From Octopus bimaculoides (Eukaryota): a stretch of DNA of 64,000 bases. Below the pieces are notes generated by a model. The model was given only the letters and a program-made list of their open reading frames with translations. It ran no database searches and was not told the DNA's origin. The translations under genes and the position numbers were made by a program. The stretch covers positions 31,510,109 through 31,574,108 of the forward strand of contig NC_069003.1 in NCBI RefSeq assembly GCF_001194135.2. Reading direction: 5' to 3'. Shown here piece after piece: positions 52,770 through 64,000 of the stretch. The stretch's first letter is position 1. The number at the start of each line of letters is the position of its first letter.

Positions 52770-53153
52770 GTTGGCACTCCGTCGCTTACGACACTGAGGG
52801 TTCCAGTTGATCTGAACAACGAAACAGCCTGCTCGTGAAATTAATATGCAAGTGGCTGAGCACTCCACAGACACGTGTACCCTTAACGTAGTTCTCTGGG
52901 ATATTCAGCGTGACACAGAGTGTGACAAGGCTGACCCTTTGGAATTACAGGCACAACAGAAACAGGAAGTAAGAGTGAGAGAAAGTTGTGGTGAAAGAGT
53001 ACAACAGGGTTCGCCACTATCCCCTGCCGGAGCCTTGTGGAGCTTTTAGGTGTTTTCGCTCAATAAACACTCACAACACCCGGTCTGGGAATCGAAACTG
53101 CGATCCTATGACTGCGAGTCCGCTGCCCTAACCACTGGGCCATTGTGCCTCCA
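52770..53153 (-). mobile_element. tRNA-headed SINE (head tggaggcacaatggcccagtggttagggcagcggactcgc...ttcgattccc)
   Basis: tRNA-like A and B boxes; partial homolog at about 19530-19820. Confidence 0.75.
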
Positions 53154-53843
53154 CAAGTTGAGCTGTAACATGCAGGCTAAAGACAATAATATGATATTGA
53201 TAGGATATCAGCTGAGTTGATATAAGGAAATAATATTTAGAACAGGTATAATAAGGGTTTCAAATTTTGACACAAGGCCAGTAATTTCAGGGAAGTGGGT
53301 AAGTCAATTATATTGACCCTAGAGCTTAACTGGTACTTATTTTATCAACCCCCAAAAGGAGGAAAGGCAAAGATGACATCCGTGGAATTTGAGCTTTGAT
53401 CATAAAAAATAGATAAAACGTTGCTAAGTATTTTGTCTGACGGGCTAACGGTTCTGTCAGTTTACCACCTTTAGTACAGGTATAATACTAAATAATGGAA
53501 AATAGAAGAGGACTTATTTTATCGACCCCAAAAGGATGAAAGGTAAAGTCAACCTCGGAGGAATTTGAGCGCAGACCATAAAAACAGATGGAATGCTGCT
53601 AAGCACTTTGTCCGGCAGGCTAACGGTTTTTCCAGCTTGCCGTCTTTACTACAGGTGTGATACCAAATAACGGGAAATAACAGAGGTCGTATGCACACAA
53701 TTGACCTTCTTTCGGTTGAGTTCAACTGTGAAGTAGAGATTTCCTTCAGAAGTTGCTAGGATTGGCGACCAGAGTAAATTAACTTTTCTCTGACCTTAAA
53801 TGGTCATGATGAACAACTATCCTGGTAACTGAGATTAAGTATA

Positions 53844-53968
<125 letters not shown>

Positions 53969-54136
53969 GATTTGGTGAAAAATGTGGATGACCCATGTCA
54001 GCAAATGGTAAGTACAGAAAGCTCACAAACTGGAATTAGAATATGGAGAATAAATTAATCACAAAAATTCCCCACTTGAAATTCCTCACTTATTTTGGGA
54101 AAGGGAAATTAACTTGTATCACTTTGTGAATGTTTT

Positions 54137-54195
<59 letters not shown>

Positions 54196-54966
54196 GAGGT
54201 TTCTACACAATTTTCAGGATACAGTAATGGTTAAGTTTGTTGTGAATGGAAGAGATAATAGCTCTCTGAACTTTCTCCAGCCAATTCGTATTTTAGCAAC
54301 TATGCTTTCAGAGCATCCTTCCCCCCTGCCAGTTAGGTCAGCAAAGTAACAGAAATTATCTACTATTCAGTTTAGCATGTTAGAGGTAACCAATACTTTT
54401 ATACATAATCAATTTTACATTGAATATCTAACCTAAGATGGCAAGTAACTGTCTTCCTGCGTGAACAACCAGGTCTATCATGTTTAACAAGCTTGTTTGT
54501 GATGAGCACCTTCAATTGTTAAGAGAACTGTTTGTTCTCTCCAAGTGTTATAGGTTGTTGGTTTTGGGCCTCATTTTTGCAGCAATGTATAGGTTTTCTT
54601 GAGCACAGCAAACCATCAATTTTCATGGAATACTTTTTGAAAACCTTCCTCAACTATGACCTTTTGTTTAAAAAGACCAGTAACTTCTTCCCTACATTAG
54701 AATTAACATCTAAAGCATGCAGGCAAGAAATTCCTGGTTTTTTTAGATAAACATTTCTAAGATAGTCATACAAGTTACCTCAATCATTATGTAAGATTTT
54801 GCAACATGGTGTTAGAAGAACTGTGCAGTTTTTATGATAGCTGACGAATTTGAGAAACATTCTTGCCTTCAAATTTTGCATGGAAAACCTACTATCAAAA
54901 CCTGTAAAACGCTTCTTCAGGCTTTTAGTGAACATTAAAATAAATCTTTAAGTTATTCATAAGTTT

Positions 54967-55330
54967 TTGAGTGGCATGTTCTTTTCAAGGCTAGTAGAGT
55001 GTTGGTTCAAGAAGATGAACATTCACAGTGACCGATCACAAGCAAAAGTGTGTGTGGGGGGATTTGTGAACTCGGCCATGGGGGACTATCGTCGAATAAT
55101 TCTCCACGATGAGAATAAAGTTAACTCGTTGAACGAGTTTGACCATCATTGACAATTAGAAAATATGTCAGCAATGGCCGTGCGAAATTTGAGAACAGCT
55201 TGCACAATCTGCCTCAGCAACGTTAAGAGGTTTTATAACAATGTAACCTTCACCTAGAGACATACTTTAACGAAAGTTAAAGAGTGTTTTCACTCCCTGT
55301 GGACATAGTGTGCCGGACAACAGCTCGGAA
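54967..55330 (+). mobile_element. Possible Tc1/mariner transposase remnant
   Basis: DYRRIILHDENKVNSL resembles the Tc1 W..VIFSDE.KFNL motif; otherwise interrupted. Confidence 0.35.
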
Positions 55331-55942
55331 TTTCGAAGACTCTGCACTGTTCTTTATATATATTAACATATTTGTGTTTTTGAAGACAAACATATATACA
55401 TACGCATAAACGTATGTGCAAAGACACAGGCGTATATATGTGCAAACATATATACGTATATTTCAGTTGTCATTTCTTCTGCTGAACTTGTCAATAACTA
55501 ACTTACTCCGGGATCGATAAAATATAAACCTGTGAATACAGTGGTTTCGATATTTTTAGCGATTAGAAACGTTAGTCTTGCGTCAAAACCAAACCAACAA
55601 TTGTGGTTGCTACCCACCCGACTGAGACAGTGACAACTATTAGGTTCTTTGTAGTAACATCGTCGAATTAAACTGGAGATAGAGTAATCTAATACACAGC
55701 GGGTCATTCACATTCGCTACATTTCTATTTATTAACAAACAGTCAGCTAAATACTATGTAGTTAGGCGCTTGGGGATGGTGAACACCTATTTCACCCACC
55801 TATTTAATGAGTTAGGTGAGTCGGATGTCCTCAAGCACGTGAAAAGTTAAAGTTATCGAACCGTTCTTTGGACCAGGCATAGAAGATGCACATCGTCGGA
55901 CTCCTGATTTTAACGTACGTTGACAAACCAACAGATACAGAG

Positions 55943-55979
<37 letters not shown>

Positions 55980-56699
55980 GAGAGGTAGGTTGATAGATAA
56001 ATAGATAAACACGGAGATAACTAGGTAGGTAAATGATTAGTTAGACAAATAAATAGAAAATAGTTTATTATTTGATTGCATAGTTGTTGCATTTAGAATT
56101 ATATTTTAAAATAATAGAGGTTTTTTTATTATTTTCCTTACGAAATGATAAATTAATTTAGTAATATGTCATGCACACACACACAATATAGATGGCTTTT
56201 AAAAGTAGTAACCTAGTTACAATATTTCGATTAGACGGTTTCTAAACGTAGTAGCCCAGTTAGGATATTTCGATTATTTCAAACTTGTGCAGATTAGTTA
56301 CAACTACTTAGTACTTGCTACAACATTAGTAGTAGCTGGGACGGTTTTAGATTACACTTGGGATGAAAGCGAGCTTTTCTACACGTGACAATGTCAGGTG
56401 AACACAACGATTGCGTTTATATATCGATTGATCTTAAAGACTTCCCATCACTTACCTTTCATATAACACCGTCAAAGATTAATAAATCACGTTTCTCTCT
56501 CTCTCTGTCTCTCTTTTTTTTTTTTGCTGCATGTTTTATATATTATTAATTATACATATCTAGAGCAGCAGGGGTGTGGAGATAAATACAACATAATCTC
56601 GATCTTTTAAAAAAAATTGCAGCCAAAATCTCTCTCTCCCCACCTAAAAATCACAGCCTTGCCTTAAAATGCGCATGCATACATCGAACAACGTAGTTC

Positions 56700-56990
56700 T
56701 AGACAGATAGATAGATAGATAGATAGATAGAGTTAGATAGATAGATAGATAGATAGATAGAGAGATAGATAGATAGATAGAGAGATAGATAGATAGATAG
56801 ACAGAGAGATAGATAGATAGATAGACAGAGAGATAGATAGATAGACAGAGAGATAGATAGATAGATAGACAGAGAGATAGATAGATATATAGACAGACAG
56901 ACAGATAGATATATAGACAGACAGACAGATAGATAGACAGACAGACAGATAGATAGACAGACAGACAGATAGATAGACAGACAGACAGAC

Positions 56991-57021
<31 letters not shown>

Positions 57022-57035
57022 TAGATAGATAGATA
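56700..57035. repeat. Compound (GATA/GACA)n tetranucleotide array
   Basis: Direct inspection. Confidence 0.95.
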
Positions 57036-60000
57036 GGGAGAGAGAGAGAAATGGAAAGAATGAAACGTTCCCGTGTCATCTTTTTGTAAATCTATAGAAT
57101 TATTTTCGAAAATTCCATAGCCTGGAATTACTTTTGATCTTAGGACTACTCAACGAGGTCTAGCCAAGGGCTAAAATCAATAATAAACATACTACTAGTG
57201 GACTAGGAGATCTACACTGTCGGTCGATCTGCTATAAATAGCAACCGTATCTCCCTCAAATAACCCTCTACTGTTAAATAAGGACATTGCCTGAAAAGAA
57301 AATTAGAAAGAAAAAAAAGACAGGATGGTGATGATGGCTTGAATTGTTTAATAAAATGCTTGACTTGAGTCTAATGACAACAGCAATATATCTATCCACN
57401 NNNNNNNNNNNNNNNNNNNNNNNNNNNNNNNNNNNNNNNNNNNNNNNNNNNNNNNNNNNNNNNNNNNNNNNNNNNNNNNNNNNNNNNNNNNNNNNNNNNN
57501 NNNNNNNNNNNNNNNNNNNNNNNNNNNNNNNNNNNNNNNNNNNNNNNNNNNNNNNNNNNNNNNNNNNNNNNNNNNNNNNNNNNNNNNNNNNNNNNNNNNN
57601 NNNNNNNNNNNNNNNNNNNNNNNNNNNNNNNNNNNNNNNNNNNNNNNNNNNNNNNNNNNNNNNNNNNNNNNNNNNNNNNNNNNNNNNNNNNNNNNNNNNN
57701 NNNNNNNNNNNNNNNNNNNNNNNNNNNNNNNNNNNNNNNNNNNNNNNNNNNNNNNNNNNNNNNNNNNNNNNNNNNNNNNNNNNNNNNNNNNNNNNNNNNN
57801 NNNNNNNNNNNNNNNNNNNNNNNNNNNNNNNNNNNNNNNNNNNNNNNNNNNNNNNNNNNNNNNNNNNNNNNNNNNNNNNNNNNNNNNNNNNNNNNNNNNN
57901 NNNNNNNNNNNNNNNNNNNNNNNNNNNNNNNNNNNNNNNNNNNNNNNNNNNNNNNNNNNNNNNNNNNNNNNNNNNNNNNNNNNNNNNNNNNNNNNNNNNN
58001 NNNNNNNNNNNNNNNNNNNNNNNNNNNNNNNNNNNNNNNNNNNNNNNNNNNNNNNNNNNNNNNNNNNNNNNNNNNNNNNNNNNNNNNNNNNNNNNNNNNN
58101 NNNNNNNNNNNNNNNNNNNNNNNNNNNNNNNNNNNNNNNNNNNNNNNNNNNNNNNNNNNNNNNNNAATACAGATATAATATATGATAACTGGAAGCTAAA
58201 TCTTCTCAATCTTTACTCCGATTTTGTCGGTGTTGATCTGCGAATGATTGTGTGTATGTATGTATGTCCGTCCGTCTGCGTGTGTGTGTATACATGTTTG
58301 TGTGTGTGTACATATACATATATGCAATTGTTTTATATTATATTGTTTGAAAACCTTCCACCTCGTTCGATATTTGTGTGTGAGCGTGGCTAAGCATTGT
58401 TTTGTATGTCTGTGACAATTAAAGACAGCAAGTTCATTTTGTATCACCAAATGAAAGCTATCACATAATTATAATGTTTTTTTTTTTTTATTATCACCTC
58501 CATCCAAACAGCAAGTAAACAGTTTGAAAAATACAAAAAACTAAACAAGCCCTAACAGGCTAGGAATCGAGGGGAACAAAGATTCGCGATTAGACAAAAA
58601 CATGGAATGCGGAAAAATAAAAATAAAACACACAGACACACACACACAGAGCGCAAACGATTTTTTCAAATGTCAGACGTTGTAACAATGATACCTAACA
58701 ATAAACAGAACCAGTAAGGTGTGGAAAGAATCAAACCCTACCCATATTTAGTCAGTGCTGTTGGAAAGAACCGCTTCAAATTGTTACTTCCATAATTCGA
58801 TCAAACCTTAACGAGAGACCAGTAATTTTTTTTTTTAATCAATATTTTCTAAACGTTCGAATACAATCGGATCCTAAAAACTTCTCAAACAAACATTTCA
58901 ACGCTTGAAATAAACATTATCAATTAAAAGTAACAATCAAACCTACAGCATAATTCATATTTCATAATTATGACCGGTTATATACCTGAATATATGTTAG
59001 TTGTATCTTACCTGTATGACTCCGGTTCTGTTTCCGCAGGTTAATTGAAACTTTTGTTGGTCTCCTCTCTTTAAGCTATACACAGATTCGCTTACTATGA
59101 TAATTAATATAACTTATAAATGAAATATCAAAGAGTTTGTCACCGATTCTTAATGAACATTCGCATTAATATGAACTTTTTTCTTTGCACTGGGTAAATT
59201 AAATGCAACATCCAAAGTCAACGTGCTTCGTTCGTTAGTTAAGAGAGAAAAATTACGACGGCACATGCAGTGGAGGTATTTAGGTAAAAAGTAGGTAGGT
59301 AGGCCGATAGGTAGTGGTTGAACACATCACCTATTTCAGGCCTTTCTTCTCAAGTAAACAACTACGAAATAAGAACGTGACCAAGTTATCTCCGTAATGC
59401 TTTTAGATTATGATTAGCAACGAACGGCTGACAGAAGTTTCCACCAACGCACCTGAGCCTCACTTTAACAAAATCGTTTATTTGAATTTAAAATAAGAAT
59501 AAGAATAAAAAAAACCTTGCTTGTTAATAAACTAAGTGGTTACTACTTCAAAGTAAATGAAAAGAACCCCTATTGGTAATTTAAACGATTGGGCCACACA
59601 ATCGTTTAAATTATCAGTAAAATATGTGTGTATGTGCACACGCACACATAGACTAACACATACATACATACATACATACATGCATGCATATTTTTATGTA
59701 TGTACGTGTGTATGTATGGTATAACTACAGATTAGTGCCTCTACCGATACTCTGTTTCCTTATAACTTTCTGGAAAATACATATTTTTAAATTAAATTTT
59801 GCAGAGTTACTACATACCCAAGAGTGTAGATTGCAATTATGCTGATAAAATTTAGGGGGAAAAAATTCTTTTTTTTTTTTTACTTGAGGATTTTGGTTCG
59901 TTCTTCCCAGCACCGCCCTGAATTTGTTACCAGCATTTTCTATAAATTGAACATCTCTCTCTCAATATCGTGTAATCTACAATCTTGGAAACGTATTTCT

Positions 60001-60097
60001 GCAAAATCACATTTTAATGCATGCATTTTAATGAGAATTATGAAGAAACAACATCGCGAGAGTCACCAATCTGTGGTGTGTGTGTGTGTGTGTGTGC

Positions 60098-60131
<34 letters not shown>

Positions 60132-60254
60132 TCACACACACACCGTCTTAAAAAATAAAGAAATAAACGCCTCATCTTTTTATTTTTGGTCTCCTTAATC
60201 GGGACAATAACACCTATACATGACAGCGAAAGAAGAAATCCCGGCGCCACCGCA

Positions 60255-60447
60255 CTTCGCGCTAGAAATAGCAGTTAAATCGTTCTCATATCGCATCCTA
60301 CCGGCTTAAATAATGGTAAAGGCATATTGGTCAATGTAGTCCAAGATACTCTTTAAAAGACTGGATAGTCATATTTGGAAAGCTTGAGATCGTATATCTG
60401 CACGATCAAGGCTGACCCAAGGCTGAACTACGACCAGATACAACCTT
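60255..60447 (+). mobile_element. Dispersed repeat family H (ctagaaatagcagccaaatctccctcaaat...), often ending in (AAC)n
   Basis: Related copies at about 13380, 15210-15490, 41232-41410, 57230-57340 and 60420-60530 (-). Confidence 0.6.
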
Positions 60448-61389
60448 TAACTACAAGATGGTAGAACGTGATTTGAGATTAGGCTGCTACTTCTAGCAAG
60501 CTGTAAGATGATGTAGGGGTTCCCTAGTTGGTTAATAATTATAATTATATATATAAGAAAAAATGTTGGGGAATACAGGTGAATATTACGAACCAAGGAA
60601 TCTTTTTCCATTGACAAAGTGTCCACTTTTAGTTAAAATTTCTACACAAATGTATTGACAAAAGCGATTTCCCTTTCGGACGGGACTTTTCAAGTAGCTT
60701 TTAATGTACAATAAATATTTAGTTTCGGAAAGTAGCAACGTAAGAACTGTACAAACTGGAAGTTTGGATACGAAGAATTTCATTAGGAAAATAATAATAA
60801 TAATAATAATAATAATAAAGAAATAAAACGGTTACAGCTGTCATTTTTGTGTTTGTATGAACGTGTATAGAAAACGGGATATACCAAATAGTTGGCATGA
60901 CATTCGACCTAGAATTGAATGCTTTTACCGAAAGTTGATTTCGGGGTGTGGGTCGAAATTACGGTTGGTAAGCAGGAATCAAAGGATTGTGATAGAGGGA
61001 TCAAAAGATTTATTCTTCCAGATTAACGGATTAAAAGCAAGCTACAGGTACACATACATACATACATACACTCATTCATGTACACGTACACACATCTATG
61101 CATACATGCACGCGTAAATATACACACATGCATACATACACACATATGTATGTGTGTATTACATGTAACTTGCTCTGTACACACTATTCCTTCTCAGCTG
61201 TCGACTTGAATTATGATGATATCATCACCTTCCGACAGCATCGTTCCTTCAAGGCAATGCCAAGCAGCATTGGTGTGTCCAGGGATTGCCTTTTTACCCA
61301 CTTCTTTAATGTGGCCCCACAATTATAGTACAATTTTCCCCCTTGCCCCTCCTGTCGTCTGCACACATTTATACAGGCATCTCGCAGCA

Positions 61390-61464
<75 letters not shown>

Positions 61465-62023
61465 CATTACAGAAGAAGTCTTCACTGACACTAACACACA
61501 CCTCTCACACACTAACGCAGTCATAGACAACCTGCGGCCCGTGGGACACACTGAATGGCACGCCTAAACGAAAAAAAAATTACTTGAATTTTTTTAATAG
61601 TACATACAAGCCTGCCTGACAACGAGCCATGTCTCATGCAGCCCGCTTTCCGAAAAAGGTTGCCCATGCTTGCACTAATGCACCCACACAATACGTGTAT
61701 GCGCACATATATTGAGATACACGTATTCTCTGTCACACGCACGTACGCACACACATACACACACATTCACATAAATACGCACATATCTTATGCACTGATA
61801 AATTCACACACACACACACACACTATATGTGTATACGCACATATATGGAAATGCACGTACTCCCCCCTCTCTTTCTCTTTATCCCCTTATCTGTCTGTCT
61901 ATCTATCTATCCATGTCTCTCACACACATACACGCACATAATGCAAGTACATATCTGACACAATTGTCACCCGTAAATAAATGTTTACTTCGCTTTATGG
62001 ACAATCTAAATGCTTGCAAGCAA

Positions 62024-62072
<49 letters not shown>

Positions 62073-63027
62073 TGTCTAGATATATGTATGCATGCACGTA
62101 AATAAATAAATGTGTGTGTGTATTAGTGTGTACGTGTGTACGTGTGTGTGTGTGTGCATTCGTGTGTGTTTGTGTATGTGTGTGCATGCTTGAATTTACT
62201 TACAAAACAAGAAGCAAAATTAAAACATAGAGGTTAATATAGCATAAGAGTTAGTATGGTTCTGTGCTAATTGGTTGCTACTCCAAGTTTCGGTATGAAT
62301 CTTCGCCGATAAAGCAACTGAAAAGAGGAGAAAGGGAGTTTTTCATTTGCGTGATCAGCGCGGTTCACGAGATTCGGAGTAGCAATATATATAGAGTAAT
62401 CTCGGCACAATATATTTATATATAGATACAAATAATCAGATAGATAGACAGACAGACAGATAGATAGACAGGTAGATAGTTAGATAGATAGATAGTAATG
62501 TATTCGTATAATTAAATCAGACACTCACTTGTCGTCAACGAATAATGGTCCAGATCATAGTGTAAAGGTATAAATGGTAAAAATCATTTTGGTGTATCTT
62601 CTCGTCTTTCTGTATGTTGTTAGCAAGGTTACTACATTCAATATAGTAGCATCATTCTATGAGAGAGAGAGAGAGAGAAATACAGAGAGTTAGTTATACA
62701 TTTATATAGAGAGTGAAAGAGTGCGTGTGTGTGTGAGAGCACAGAGACGATAAATGGTTGGACGGGTTTTCAGTTAGACAGGAGTTTTCCCCCTGTTACT
62801 ATATTTATATAATTATAGACTACACGAGAAACGTGAATATTATGTGTATTGTAAATTTCATACGCACGCACACACACGCACGAATATATAATTATAAAGT
62901 TCTATAAGTGACTCAAAGGTTTCAAGTTTCGTGAAAAGCACCAAACAAATCTATGTATTGATATATGCATATGTATGCGTGTGTGGGGGTTGTATACATG
63001 TATGTGTGTATACATGCACACATATAT

Positions 63028-63094
<67 letters not shown>

Positions 63095-64000
63095 TATACG
63101 CATAGATATATTTGCATTTACATGTGCATATATATATATATGTATATACATGTATGCATATACATACATATATATGTTTGTGTCTGCCTGTCTATCTATC
63201 TATCTATCTATCTTATTTCTTTATTGCCCACAAGGGGCTAAACATAGAGTGGACAAATAAGGACAGACAAAGGGATTAAGTCGATTACATCGACCCCAGT
63301 GCGTAACTGGTACTTAATTTATCGACCCCGAAAGGATTAAAGGCAAAGTCGACCTCGGCGGAATATGAACTCAAAACGTAACAGCAGACGAAATACCTAT
63401 TTCTTTACTGCCCACAAGGGGCTAAACATAGAGGGGACAAACAAGGACAGACAAACGGATTAAGTCGATTATATCGACCCCAGTGCGTAACTGGTACTTA
63501 ATTTATCGACCCCGAAAGGATTAAAGGCAAAGTCGACCTCGGCGGAATATGAACTCAAAACGTAACAGCAGACGAAATANNNNNNNNNNNNNNNNNNNNN
63601 NNNNNNNNNNNNNNNNNNNNNNNNNNNNNNNNNNNNNNNNNNNNNNNNNNNNNNNNNNNNNNNNNNNNNNNNNNNNNNNNNNNNNNNNNNNNNNNNNNNN
63701 NNNNNNNNNNNNNNNNNNNNNNNNNNNNNNNNNNNNNNNNNNNNNNNNNNNNNNNNNNNNNNNNNNNNNNNNNNNNNNNAGGTAGATTATATTCTCAACT
63801 TCTCGTGTAAACTTTTAACAAGCTATTCTAAGCTTCATAGATATTTAGGAGCAGAGTGGATTGCATAAGTGATATGAAGTATTATCATAAATATGACTAA
63901 TTTTTAATTTTTAAATCTTTTTTTTTTAACTTTCTCCTTCCGTTATTAAAAGAGGTGTGTGCCGAACATTCAATACAAATATGTGTGTGTGTGTGTGTGT

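Overview
AT-rich, microsatellite-dense eukaryotic DNA with many N gaps. The repeat landscape looks like a coleoid cephalopod, probably Octopus (inference). One protein-coding gene can be rebuilt by hand on the minus strand: a lemur-tail kinase (LMTK/AATK family). It has 10 frame-consistent GT-AG coding exons from ATG 26047 to TAA 11823 (836 aa), or 885 aa if a candidate terminal exon at 4699-4857 is spliced on. The kinase domain has Gln in place of the invariant beta-3 lysine (VVVQ), so it is a predicted pseudokinase. The rest is intron or intergenic DNA filled with tRNA-headed SINEs, TTAA-flanked piggyBac-type MITEs, hAT-type MITEs with 8-bp TSDs, LINE/Tc1 remnants and mini/microsatellites. 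The most unexpected signal is a dispersed ~105-nt repeat in four copies (7593, 18759, 27524, 39854) that folds as a type I hammerhead ribozyme: CUGANGA core, long stem II, GAAA, near-palindromic stem III and GUA cleavage triplet. The copy at 7593-7698 keeps all catalytic core bases and is in the same orientation as the kinase gene. Almost all ORFs in the supplied track other than the kinase exons are artefacts of microsatellites, SINEs or N gaps. Repeat boundaries are approximate; exon and ribozyme coordinates were counted base by base.
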